In this document: positions 35,780-44,612 of the stretch, piece after piece
How positions within the stretch are numbered: the first letter of the stretch is position 1
Layout of the letters: each line of letters begins with the position of its first letter
NCBI GenBank assembly: GCA_049523355.1
Contig: JBEKMY010000005.1
Span: 28,148-92,147, forward strand
Reading direction: 5' to 3'
DNA length: 64,000 nt
From: Smithella sp.
GTDB taxonomy: Bacteria; Desulfobacterota; Syntrophia; Syntrophales; Smithellaceae
The notes under the pieces: generated by a model
Database searches by the model: none
What the model was told of the DNA's origin: nothing
Seen by the model: the letters and a program-made list of their open reading frames with translations, nothing else
Position numbers and translations under genes: made by a program

Positions 35780-38743
35780 ATGCAAGATGCCCAAAAAAGT
35801 TTTACGAATACACTGGCCAATCTGTTTTTTAAATTCTTCGCCTTTAATTTCAACACGCGTCCGTCATTAAATAAATATCTGAGGTGCGATGACGGCCCTC
35901 TCAATTTCACGTTTGGCATAAAAACAGAAAACGGCAGTGTTGAACAAGCCATATGCTTTGAAAACGGCAAGGTCAGCGTATTGAATAAATTTCCGGAAAA
36001 ACTGGACTCGCAGCTTATATTTGTCGATGAAAACGCGGTCAAAGAAGCGGCCACACAGCCTCCCAACAGACTGATGCTGGCCTTGATGGAAAACAGAATA
36101 GTCATGCACGGCAACCTTGGTTATCTTCAACTGGTTAATTTTTATCTTTCGCTGCTTTTAAAACACATCCAGATCGTTAAACTGAAAAAAGAAACAAAAA
36201 TGGAGAATCGAAAATACGACGCCCAAGCGGCAGCAAAAAACAGCATTGACGGAAGATCATTGCGTCAACTCAAGGCCGGCTCTATTGATCCGGGCGTTAA
36301 GTTTTTGCCCGACCCCTATCTCGCGGAGTATTCCCTGAATGACTTTCCGAGAGTAAAGGATTTTCTGTACATCCATTTAAAGACCCGAGCGGCAATATGC
36401 CATGAGCGGGCCCAGATATTGACCGAATGGTACAGAGAGAATGGATTTGAAACCGATAAAAACGGGAAACCATTCGTTGCCGAACTCCGTCAGGCCCAGG
36501 CATTCAAATATCTGATGGAAAATAAAAAACCGATTATCAGAAACAATGATCTTATTGCCGGAACAAGTACCACCAAAGAAATTGGCGTTATCATCTATCC
36601 CGACGCGCACGGCACCATGATCTGGGGAGAACTGGTCACCGCGCCCTTCAGGCCGCTCAACCCCTATGATGTCGATCCTGAGACGATTGATGTTCTTCAC
36701 AACAAGGTATTTCCTTTCTGGCTTGGACGTAATTTTCGTCAATGGGTGAGAGACAATAAGGGTTATCCAACCTGTCAGAAACTCGACGAGCGCTTCGCCG
36801 CCTGTTTCTTATGGAAAACCGTCGCGCTGTCTCACACCATCTTAAATTATCCTGAAATATTAAACCTTGGCACAAATGGCATCATGGCAAATATAGATAA
36901 GGAACTAAGCAACACGCCGGAATCCGAACGGCAAAAGCACGATACGCTCCGGGCAATGAAAATCAGCCTTGAGGGAATAAATGCCTATGCGGAAAATCTT
37001 TCGATAGAAGCCCAGCGATTGGCAAAACGGGAAATGAAACCTGAACGCAAAAAGGAATTGCTTCATCTGAAGGATATCTGCCGTCGTGTTCCCCTGAATC
37101 CCTGCGTCACACTCGATGAAGCCGTGAATGCCATGTGGATAATGTGGATAGGCGTGCACATGGAAAACACAAACGCCGGATTCTCACTCGGACGGCTGGA
37201 TCAGTGGCTTCAACCTTATTTTGCGGCCGACATGGAAAAACTGACAAATAAAAAGGAGAGACAGGAATATATAAAGCACGCCATCGAACTTATCGGCTGC
37301 TTTTATATGCGTTGCACGGATCATCTGCCATTAATACCGGACATTGGCAACTATTTGTTCGGCGGCAGTTCCTCCGATCAGGCTATTACGCTAGGCGGAG
37401 TGACGCCGGGAGGTGAAGACGCGGTCAATGATATGACTTATATCTTTCTGAAAGTTACGGAAATGCTCTCCATCCGCGACCCCAATGTCAACGCCCGTTA
37501 CAATAACGGGAAAAACAGCGACACTTATTTAAAACGTCTCTGTGAAGTCAATTTAAATACCACAGCGACCCCTTCGATTCATAATGACGAGGCGGTCATG
37601 GCATCACTGGCTGAATTCAACTATCCTGCAGAGCATCTGCGGGACTGGTCAGCGACCGGTTGCGTGGAACCCACGCTCTCCGGCCGCCACATCGGTCACA
37701 CCAACTGCATGATGTTCAATATGGTGGCAGCCCTCGAAATGGCTCTCAATAACGGGCGGCACCCGTTGATGCGATGGGATTTGGGCCCAAAAACCGGCGA
37801 TGTCAGAACCGGAGACTTTCAGGATTATGAATCGTTCTTTAACGCGTTTGCGACACAGCTTCGATATCTGGCCGGCCAGACATGCCAATACAACAATTTT
37901 CTGGGCGAGGCTCATCAGGCCATCCGCCCGACCCCTTTTATCTCTTCCCTGATAGAAGGTTCGCTGAAAAACGGCAAAGACGTCACAAAAGGAGGCGCTC
38001 TTTACAACTCGTCAGGAACCGCGTGCATTGGCCTTGCCGACATCACCGATTCACTGATGGCTATTAAAAAATTTGTGTTTGAAGATAAAAAAGTTTCTTT
38101 CAGCGAACTACTAAATGCGGTTAACACCAACTTTAAAAACGATCCGGCCCTGCTTGCCTTAATCAAAAACAAGGCCCCGCTGTTCGGTTCCGGTAACCCC
38201 GAAGCTCTGGCGACAGCCAATCAGGTAGCAAAACTTGCCCATGACTGTTTTGGAGAACACGCCAATTACCGCGGCGGCCGATATACAGCGGGGTTCTGGT
38301 CCATGTCCAACCATGTGGCTTTCGGCACGTTGACAGGAGCGCTTCCTTCAGGACGGCTGGCCGGCAAAGCATTTACACCGGGACTGACGCCAGAAGCGCA
38401 CGCGTCCAAAAGCATTTTAGATAACATCCGTGATGTCGCCAAACTGGAGCCGAAAAACCTGAACAACAATATTGCCTTCAATGTGAAAGTTGTGCCCGGG
38501 GCGCATGAGACACATCAGGAAACCGTGGATAACATCTATTCATACGTGAAGACATACTGCAACCTCGGCGGCATGCAGATACAACTGAATGTCGTATCGT
38601 CAAAAACACTCAGAGACGCCATGGAACATCCCCAGAATTATCAGAATCTGCTTGTCAGGATATCAGGTTATAACGCCTACTTCGTGACTCTCAACAAAGA
38701 CATGCAGACAGAATTAATCGAAAGGGCGGAGTTCGGCATATGA
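35780..38743 (+). CDS. Glycyl-radical enzyme (PFL2/glycerol-dehydratase-like clade) with an N-terminal ~130-aa SCP2-like extension
   Basis: The Gly-radical motif is LLVRISGYNAYFVTL, near the C-terminus. The thiyl-Cys loop is WSATGCVEPTLSG (Cys-x-Glu). The N-terminal region NFTFGIKTENGSVEQAICFENGKVSV...DSQLIFVDENA...LMLALMENRIVMHGNLGYLQLVNFYL resembles SCP2 sterol-carrier folds. The start is chosen at ATG 35780, 9 nt after GGAG; the ORF track begins at TTG 35765. Confidence 0.85.
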   Translation: MQDAQKSFTNTLANLFFKFFAFNFNTRPSLNKYLRCDDGPLNFTFGIKTENGSVEQAICFENGKVSVLNKFPEKLDSQLIFVDENAVKEAATQPPNRLMLALMENRIVMHGNLGYLQLVNFYLSLLLKHIQIVKLKKETKMENRKYDAQAAAKNSIDGRSLRQLKAGSIDPGVKFLPDPYLAEYSLNDFPRVKDFLYIHLKTRAAICHERAQILTEWYRENGFETDKNGKPFVAELRQAQAFKYLMENKKPIIRNNDLIAGTSTTKEIGVIIYPDAHGTMIWGELVTAPFRPLNPYDVDPETIDVLHNKVFPFWLGRNFRQWVRDNKGYPTCQKLDERFAACFLWKTVALSHTILNYPEILNLGTNGIMANIDKELSNTPESERQKHDTLRAMKISLEGINAYAENLSIEAQRLAKREMKPERKKELLHLKDICRRVPLNPCVTLDEAVNAMWIMWIGVHMENTNAGFSLGRLDQWLQPYFAADMEKLTNKKERQEYIKHAIELIGCFYMRCTDHLPLIPDIGNYLFGGSSSDQAITLGGVTPGGEDAVNDMTYIFLKVTEMLSIRDPNVNARYNNGKNSDTYLKRLCEVNLNTTATPSIHNDEAVMASLAEFNYPAEHLRDWSATGCVEPTLSGRHIGHTNCMMFNMVAALEMALNNGRHPLMRWDLGPKTGDVRTGDFQDYESFFNAFATQLRYLAGQTCQYNNFLGEAHQAIRPTPFISSLIEGSLKNGKDVTKGGALYNSSGTACIGLADITDSLMAIKKFVFEDKKVSFSELLNAVNTNFKNDPALLALIKNKAPLFGSGNPEALATANQVAKLAHDCFGEHANYRGGRYTAGFWSMSNHVAFGTLTGALPSGRLAGKAFTPGLTPEAHASKSILDNIRDVAKLEPKNLNNNIAFNVKVVPGAHETHQETVDNIYSYVKTYCNLGGMQIQLNVVSSKTLRDAMEHPQNYQNLLVRISGYNAYFVTLNKDMQTELIERAEFGI

Positions 38744-38835
38744 TACCAATTCGCTTGTACTTGCCACTTTGCAGGTGGCAACTTCAAATCGAAATGGTAT
38801 AAATTTATCGGAGCTATCCGAAATAACATTTACTT

Positions 38836-39771
38836 ATGACACAAAACGAAACTAGAGCTCCTTTAATTCTTGAAATCAAAGGCAACAGCCTTGATGACGG
38901 ACCGGGCATACGGTCTGTGGTGTTCTACAAAGGATGTCCCCTTTCCTGCGTGTGGTGTCACAACCCTGAGAGCGAAAAGGCCGTGGTTGAAATCGCCTTC
39001 GACGCCAAATTGTGCGTTGATTGCGGCGCCTGCCGCGATATTTGTCCGGCAGGCGCGCTTAAGCGCGACAATCGTTTTTATATTAACAGAAGCAAATGCA
39101 CTCTTTGTTTTTTATGCGTTGAGGCCTGTCCGTCCGGAGCGTTGGACAGAGTTGGCAAGACATTGTCCGTTGACAACATTATTAACAAGATTCAGCTCGA
39201 CAAACCATTTTTCGACACATCAGGAGGCGGCGTTACTCTGTCCGGAGGAGAGCCCACCCTGTATATGGAATTCACATCCCGGCTTCTGAAGACTCTCAAA
39301 CGGCACAACATTAACACGCTTCTGGAAACCTGCGGTTATTTTGATCCCGGCAGGTTTATGGACACGCTCTATCCGTATCTTGACATAATTTATTTTGACA
39401 TCAAACTCATCGACAGCATTGCCCATAAAAAATATTGCGGCCTACCCAACGAAAGAATACTGGATAATTTTAAACAGATTTCCAGCACAGTAAAAAAAGA
39501 CAATAAAATACTTCTTCCGAGGACGCCGCTTATTCCTGATATTACCGATACGGAAGCAAACATCAGCGGAATCGCGGCGTTTCTAAAAAACCTTAATATT
39601 ACCGAAGCCGCCCTGCTTGCGTATAATCCTTTATGGCACGAAAAAAGCGATAAAATCGGGGTGGACGATCCATATAAAAAAAACAAAACTATGACTTCCT
39701 TTTCGGAGAACTCCATCGTGAAGCGATGCAAAGACATATTCGCGAACGCCGGTATTAAAAGTTCGGCGTGA
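38836..39771 (+). CDS. Glycyl-radical enzyme activase (radical SAM, with two auxiliary ferredoxin-type clusters)
   Basis: The radical-SAM motif is GCPLSCVWCHNPE. The two auxiliary cluster motifs are CVDCGACRDICPAG and CTLCFLCVEACPSG, and the SAM-binding motif is GGVTLSGGEP. Confidence 0.9.
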   Translation: MTQNETRAPLILEIKGNSLDDGPGIRSVVFYKGCPLSCVWCHNPESEKAVVEIAFDAKLCVDCGACRDICPAGALKRDNRFYINRSKCTLCFLCVEACPSGALDRVGKTLSVDNIINKIQLDKPFFDTSGGGVTLSGGEPTLYMEFTSRLLKTLKRHNINTLLETCGYFDPGRFMDTLYPYLDIIYFDIKLIDSIAHKKYCGLPNERILDNFKQISSTVKKDNKILLPRTPLIPDITDTEANISGIAAFLKNLNITEAALLAYNPLWHEKSDKIGVDDPYKKNKTMTSFSENSIVKRCKDIFANAGIKSSA

Positions 39772-39860
39772 ACCGGGATATGAGCCGGCAATTATAAAGC
39801 TTACGGCTTGCAGCAAATTAAAAAATCTATCGACAAAAAATTAATGAAATGAGGAGAAAC

Positions 39861-40694
39861 ATGATGGCCTTCTTTTCCAACAAACTCGCCTTTATTACCG
39901 GAGGATCAAGCGGCATCGGCCTGGAAACGGCAAAGTTACTGGCATCGCAGGGATGCAGTCTGGTTCTGATTGCCCGAGGGAAGCCCCTGCTGGATAAAGC
40001 ATGTCAGGACATCGTGGCGTGCATGGATAAAACTTCCCAGAGTGTCAACACCATATCCATTGATGTGGCGGACAACAACGACGTACGGCAAAAAATCAGC
40101 GCCGCTGTCGAACGGTTCGGCATTCCCGACATATTGATAAACAGCGCGGGCGTCGGTTCGGGAGATTATTTTGAAAATATTTCCTATGACCGGTTTGACA
40201 GATCAATGAAAATAAATGTGTACGGCACCCGAAACACCATCAGCGCCGTACTCCCTTTTATGAAACAAAAAGGCGGCGGCCATATCGTCAACATTTCTTC
40301 CATGGCGGGACTGATCGGCATGTTCGGCTATTCTTTGTACAGCGCAACGAAATACGCCCTCGTGGGGTTTTCCGAATGCCTTCGCAGCGAACTAAAACTT
40401 TTTAATATTAAGGTCACGCTGATCTGTCCTCCGGAAGTCAAAACACCCTTTATCGAAGAAGAATCGAAAACGCTCCCGCCGGAGGGACGTGCCGTAAAAA
40501 TATTCGCCGGTTTATTGAAGCCCCGGACCGTGGCACAGGCGATTGTCCGCAGTATCAAAAGAAATAAATTTCTTGTCGTTCCGGGTATTGCCGCCAAATT
40601 TTTATATTTTCAACACCGCATCAGCAACGGTTTTTTCACACGTACGCCCTCAGACTGGATTGTAAAATTTGTTGCCCGGCGGTCAAGGAAATAG
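39861..40694 (+). CDS. Short-chain dehydrogenase/reductase (classical SDR; resembles 3-ketosphinganine-reductase-like members)
   Basis: Motifs are ITGGSSGIGLETA, NSAG and the catalytic YSATK. The start is chosen at ATG 39861, 4 nt after AGGAG; the ORF track starts at 39849. Confidence 0.85.
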   Translation: MMAFFSNKLAFITGGSSGIGLETAKLLASQGCSLVLIARGKPLLDKACQDIVACMDKTSQSVNTISIDVADNNDVRQKISAAVERFGIPDILINSAGVGSGDYFENISYDRFDRSMKINVYGTRNTISAVLPFMKQKGGGHIVNISSMAGLIGMFGYSLYSATKYALVGFSECLRSELKLFNIKVTLICPPEVKTPFIEEESKTLPPEGRAVKIFAGLLKPRTVAQAIVRSIKRNKFLVVPGIAAKFLYFQHRISNGFFTRTPSDWIVKFVARRSRK

Positions 40695-40703
40695 AAATCG
40701 AAA

Positions 40704-41036
40704 TCATGCCCATCCTTCAGCCGCCAGCGCGTCGTGCAATTCATCAGGGTGGTGGCGGCACCGGAATTCAAGGCGGCTGGACTCGTTGTGCGCTTTGCTG
40801 TAAGGCAACCCTTTTGTCATGCGGTTGCGTTCGTGCAACTCATGCAACAGCACAAACCCCCTTTCCTTCTCCTCTATATCGTTGTCAATCCAGACCTCGT
40901 TCTTCGGAACGAATTCATAAACGTGGTCATGACCTCCGGTGGTGAAATCAATATCGAATACACTTCGCACCAGCCGGTCATTGACAATCCATACGCTTAC
41001 ACCATCCTCCAGTTTCTTCCATAAGCTTTCGTGCAC
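40704..41036 (-). CDS. Hypothetical protein (110 aa), second copy of a repeated ~90-aa domain; possibly the distal part of a decayed two-domain gene
   Basis: VWIVNDRLVRSVFDIDFTTGGHDHVYEFVPKNEVWIDN...FVLLHELHERNRM is clearly paralogous to the frame at 41094-41384. It has a GTG start without a recognisable RBS, and it is in the same frame as the upstream copy's TGA. Confidence 0.45.
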   Translation of the reverse strand: MHESLWKKLEDGVSVWIVNDRLVRSVFDIDFTTGGHDHVYEFVPKNEVWIDNDIEEKERGFVLLHELHERNRMTKGLPYSKAHNESSRLEFRCRHHPDELHDALAAEGWA

Positions 41037-41093
41037 CGCGTTAGCATCAGGAAGGTCTTTCCCGCGATGTGTCAGTTTGCGGACATCTCCGGC

Positions 41094-41418
41094 TCACCGC
41101 CTTACTTTGCGTTCAACCAGATCGGCCTGTGTAATTGCGTCGTCATATGACGCGCCTTTCGCCATGAGATCATGTTCCACCAGTAAGTGATCGATGAAGA
41201 AGACGTGTTCATCAGGCTTTGCTTCCCGGTCAAGCCAGAACTCATTTTTGGGTATGTAATGATATCTGTAGTGCTGGCCGAAGTTCGTGAATTCTTCGTC
41301 GATGTGGCCGCGAATGTATGCGCCATCTACTATCCAGACCTGATAATCACCCCGTGTTTCATCCTTCTTCAGATACGGTGGTTTAAGCTTCTCTGCCGTA
41401 GTATTTTCTCTTTGTCAT
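41094..41418 (-). pseudogene. First copy of the repeated domain, lacking an in-frame start: ATG 41418 opens an 11-codon frame that stops, and the homologous frame continues shifted by one nt
   Basis: Hand translation gives MTKRKYYGREA* in one frame. The neighbouring frame gives ...KPPYLKKDETRGDYQVWIVDGAYIRGHIDEEFTNFGQHYRYHYIPKNEFWLDREAKPDEHVFFIDHLLVEHDLMAKGASYDDAITQADLVERKVRR* (stop TGA 41094-41096). Confidence 0.5.
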
Positions 41419-41543
41419 AAGATTTTTGGCTATGCCGCGCCGCTTTTTAGTGCCGGCTTAAGGCAAGTTGTTAAATTTCGTTTTTAGATTGAAGGAAATG
41501 ACTTAAACCGTCATCTAAACCATTGGGAACGATAAGCCACCCA

Positions 41544-41657
41544 TCAACTAAAAATAAGAATCGGAACTGTGGCGATAATTCCCCACATCAAAGGCAGAAT
41601 CAAATCGGCGATCACTCCGAGCACGATAAACAATCCCCGGAATATCTTACGCTCCAT
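41544..41657 (-). CDS. Candidate 37-aa single-pass membrane peptide immediately downstream of the P-type ATPase
   Basis: Hand translation gives MERKIFRGLFIVLGVIADLILPLMWGIIATVPILIFS*. The ATG lies 12 nt after the ATPase stop, with AGG 8 nt upstream. It is below the ORF-track length cut-off. Confidence 0.3.
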   Translation of the reverse strand: MERKIFRGLFIVLGVIADLILPLMWGIIATVPILIFS

Positions 41658-41668
41658 ATATAGAACCT

Positions 41669-44191
41669 TTAATGATCTACTTTGCGGTAAAATATTCTCT
41701 TAACCACTTCTGCCATAAATATATAAAGCATGACAATAAGACCCATCATCAATAGAAATGATACCGGCAGTAATGCAAAACCGAATATATAGCCCAACGG
41801 TGTAAAAGGCAGAACAAGAGTGGCCGCAACGATAATGATTGTGGCTATCACCAAATATTTTCCCGGACGGCTCTTAAAGAATGGCCTCCTGCTGCGAATG
41901 ACCAGAACGATAAGTGAAGCGGAAACAACTGATTCCATAAACCAGCCTGTTTGAAACTGCGCCTGTGTGGCATGCAGAATCCATATTAATACGCCGAAAG
42001 TCATGTAATCAAAAATAGAACTGACCAGGCCAAAGGTAATCATGAATTTTTTTATAAAAGCGATATCCCACCTGCGGGGCTTGTCAACCATTTCACTATC
42101 TACATTATCCGCGGCTATGGTCATTTCCGGAAAATCCGTCATCAGATTCGTCAAAAGTATCTGTTTGGGCAACAGGGGAAGAAAAGACAAAAACAGAGAA
42201 GCGCCGGCCATACTGAACATGTTCCCGAAATTAGCGCTGGTGGCCATAAAGACGTACTTCAGGGTATTGGCAAAGGTCGTCCTCCCTTCTCTCACCCCCT
42301 GCACTAAAACAGCAAGATCCTTTTCCATAAGTACTATATCGGCCGATTCCTTGGCTACATCCGCCGCCGTATCCACCGAAATGCCAACGTCCGCGGCATG
42401 AAGGGCTGAAGCATCATTAATTCCGTCCCCCATATATCCTACGACATGCCCCGCCTTCCTCAGCGCCAGAATAATTCGTTCTTTCTGGTTGGGTTCTATT
42501 TCCGCGAAAACATCCGTTTCCACCACTTTCCGTAAGAGGGCCGCATCGCTTATTTCATGTATTTCACTTCCGGAAAGAATTTTAGCCTCAGGCATCCCGA
42601 TATCATGGCTCACTTTGGCGGCAACAAGGCGGTTATCCCCCGTAACGATTTTCAGAGAAACACCAAGCTGTTTGAGATTAGCGATTGTTTCAGCAATTCC
42701 TTTTTTGGGCGGATCAAAGAAAAGAAGAAACCCGAGAAATATCATGTCGCGCTCAAGATCTTTATGAATAACAGATTCCACGCCCATATCCTTGTAAGCC
42801 AGACCGAGCAGGCGAAATCCCTGAGAGCTGAGCATTTCGAATCTCTGCTGGATCTGCTGCATGACCGAGGCTACGGCCACATTATCTCCCCCGGGAGTTT
42901 CAGCCAATGCACAAATGGAAAGGATATTGGGAATTGTTCCTTTCGTCACCATCAAATACCTGCTGTCTTTTTCAACCAGAATACTCAACCGCTTACGAAT
43001 AAAATCGTAAGGCACTTCATCCGCTTTTTTGTATCCGGAGATATCCTGCTGTTTGTAAGACAGAATTGCTTCATCAAGAGGATTGGTAAATCCCTGTTGA
43101 AAAAAAGCGTTCATGTACGCATGAAAGAATATTCTGTCACTTGGATTACCCTCGAGATCTAATGCCGAATTCATCGTTACTTTGCCTTCGGTCAGGGTTC
43201 CCGTCTTATCCGAGCACAGCACATCCATACTCCCGAAATTCTCAATTGCAGCCAGTCGCTTAACAATGACTCTTTGCGCGGCCATCTTTTTTGCGCCATG
43301 GGCCAGGTTAATGCTGATGATTGCCGGCAGCAGTTGTGGCGTCAGCCCAACGGCCAGAGCCAGCGAAAAAAGAAACGATTCCAAAACCGGTTTGTGGAAA
43401 AAAACATTGATCGCAAATACTATGACAACCAATGCTAAGGTAACTTCGAGCAGGAAGTATCCGAACTGCTGGATGCCGCGTTCAAACTCAGTTTCCTGAG
43501 GCCTTAACTTAAGCCTTTCGGATATTTTTCCGAATTCCGCCTGCTGTCCTGTGAAAACCACAACTGCCTTGCCTGTGCCACTGATGACATGAGTTCCCAT
43601 AAAGACGCAATTGGTGCGTCCGCTAAGCGGCGTTTCTGCCGGCAATAACCCGGCCGCCTTCTCGACAGGGTACGTTTCGCCGGTCAGAGTTGCTTCATCA
43701 ACAAAGAAATCCTTTGATTCAATAATCAGACCATCGGCCGGAATGGCATCTCCGGCATGCAATATAATAATATCTCCCGGCACAACATCTTCAAGAACAA
43801 TATCTGCCGTTTTCCCGTCACGAAAAACGGCAGTTTTGATACTGACGATGGCCAGTAACTTGTTGACAGCATCAACGGCGCCGCGTTCCTGCCAAAATCC
43901 CAAAAGGCCGCTGATCAAAACGATAAAAAGAATAATAACAGCATCTATGGGGTCTTGAAGGAAAAAAGACAACCCTGCGGCAAAAACAAGAGTCAGGATA
44001 ATAGGACTCTTGAACTGAGCAAGCAGCAGGGAAAGCGTATCTGATCTTTTGGGAGGCTTCAGCAGATTAGCGCCGTAGTCCATCAGACGCTGCTTGGCCT
44101 CCGGGCTGCTTAATCCTTCCGGCCTCGTGCAAAGCCCGGTCAGCAAGTCACTTTGAGTTACGCTCCAGTATGCGGGTGGTTGTTTAATCAT
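41669..44191 (-). CDS. mgtA: P-type ATPase, MgtA-like (type IIIB Mg2+-importing family)
   Basis: The phosphorylation site is CSDKTGTLT. Further motifs are TGE (LTGETYP), KIVTGDN and MGDGINDASAL. Length is 840 aa with about 10 TM segments. The Mg specificity is inferred from overall resemblance only. Confidence 0.75.
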   Translation of the reverse strand: MIKQPPAYWSVTQSDLLTGLCTRPEGLSSPEAKQRLMDYGANLLKPPKRSDTLSLLLAQFKSPIILTLVFAAGLSFFLQDPIDAVIILFIVLISGLLGFWQERGAVDAVNKLLAIVSIKTAVFRDGKTADIVLEDVVPGDIIILHAGDAIPADGLIIESKDFFVDEATLTGETYPVEKAAGLLPAETPLSGRTNCVFMGTHVISGTGKAVVVFTGQQAEFGKISERLKLRPQETEFERGIQQFGYFLLEVTLALVVIVFAINVFFHKPVLESFLFSLALAVGLTPQLLPAIISINLAHGAKKMAAQRVIVKRLAAIENFGSMDVLCSDKTGTLTEGKVTMNSALDLEGNPSDRIFFHAYMNAFFQQGFTNPLDEAILSYKQQDISGYKKADEVPYDFIRKRLSILVEKDSRYLMVTKGTIPNILSICALAETPGGDNVAVASVMQQIQQRFEMLSSQGFRLLGLAYKDMGVESVIHKDLERDMIFLGFLLFFDPPKKGIAETIANLKQLGVSLKIVTGDNRLVAAKVSHDIGMPEAKILSGSEIHEISDAALLRKVVETDVFAEIEPNQKERIILALRKAGHVVGYMGDGINDASALHAADVGISVDTAADVAKESADIVLMEKDLAVLVQGVREGRTTFANTLKYVFMATSANFGNMFSMAGASLFLSFLPLLPKQILLTNLMTDFPEMTIAADNVDSEMVDKPRRWDIAFIKKFMITFGLVSSIFDYMTFGVLIWILHATQAQFQTGWFMESVVSASLIVLVIRSRRPFFKSRPGKYLVIATIIIVAATLVLPFTPLGYIFGFALLPVSFLLMMGLIVMLYIFMAEVVKRIFYRKVDH

Positions 44192-44612
44192 ATCAGCGTA
44201 CGGTAATGCGTTATATCAATCGTCGGGTCTGTTTATACCTGAGATTAGTATTTATTTTTAATATTCTCAGGAGAAGGGGCTCATGTGTTGGCAAATACCC
44301 TTCAGAAACACTTCTGTTCTTAATGATAAGTGTACTAACGTCTATAAACCGGCTTTTTTCACAAGTTTTAATAAAATGTTGTTTTTTTCAAAACAAAGAT
44401 AGGGAATTTCCCTTTGTAAGTCAATTATTTTCTCTTACGAAATTTTGCATCGATATGCGATGATAAAGCGCACGGGTAATGTATTTTTAAGCAGAATGAG
44501 ATTCTTCATATTGTTACCAAAACAAGTCTTAACAAAGTTATGACCATTATTTTTTAGAATCTTGTTTATTTGTTGCATTATCCGGCGGATTTAATTACAA
44601 TCTATTATAACA

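Noticed and set aside
41094-41096. The in-frame TGA between the two repeated domains as a selenocysteine codon
   Set aside because: There is no obvious SECIS-like hairpin immediately downstream. The position falls in a linker rather than at a redox-type Cys position. The upstream copy is additionally frameshifted, so decay is the more economical explanation.
44192-44612. An Mg2+ (M-box/ykoK) riboswitch or mgtL-type leader upstream of the MgtA-like ATPase
   Set aside because: I could not recognise the conserved M-box core strings on the minus strand of the 420-nt leader. Only a generic 6-bp hairpin is present (CTGAGA...TCTCAG). A covariance-model scan would be needed before any claim.
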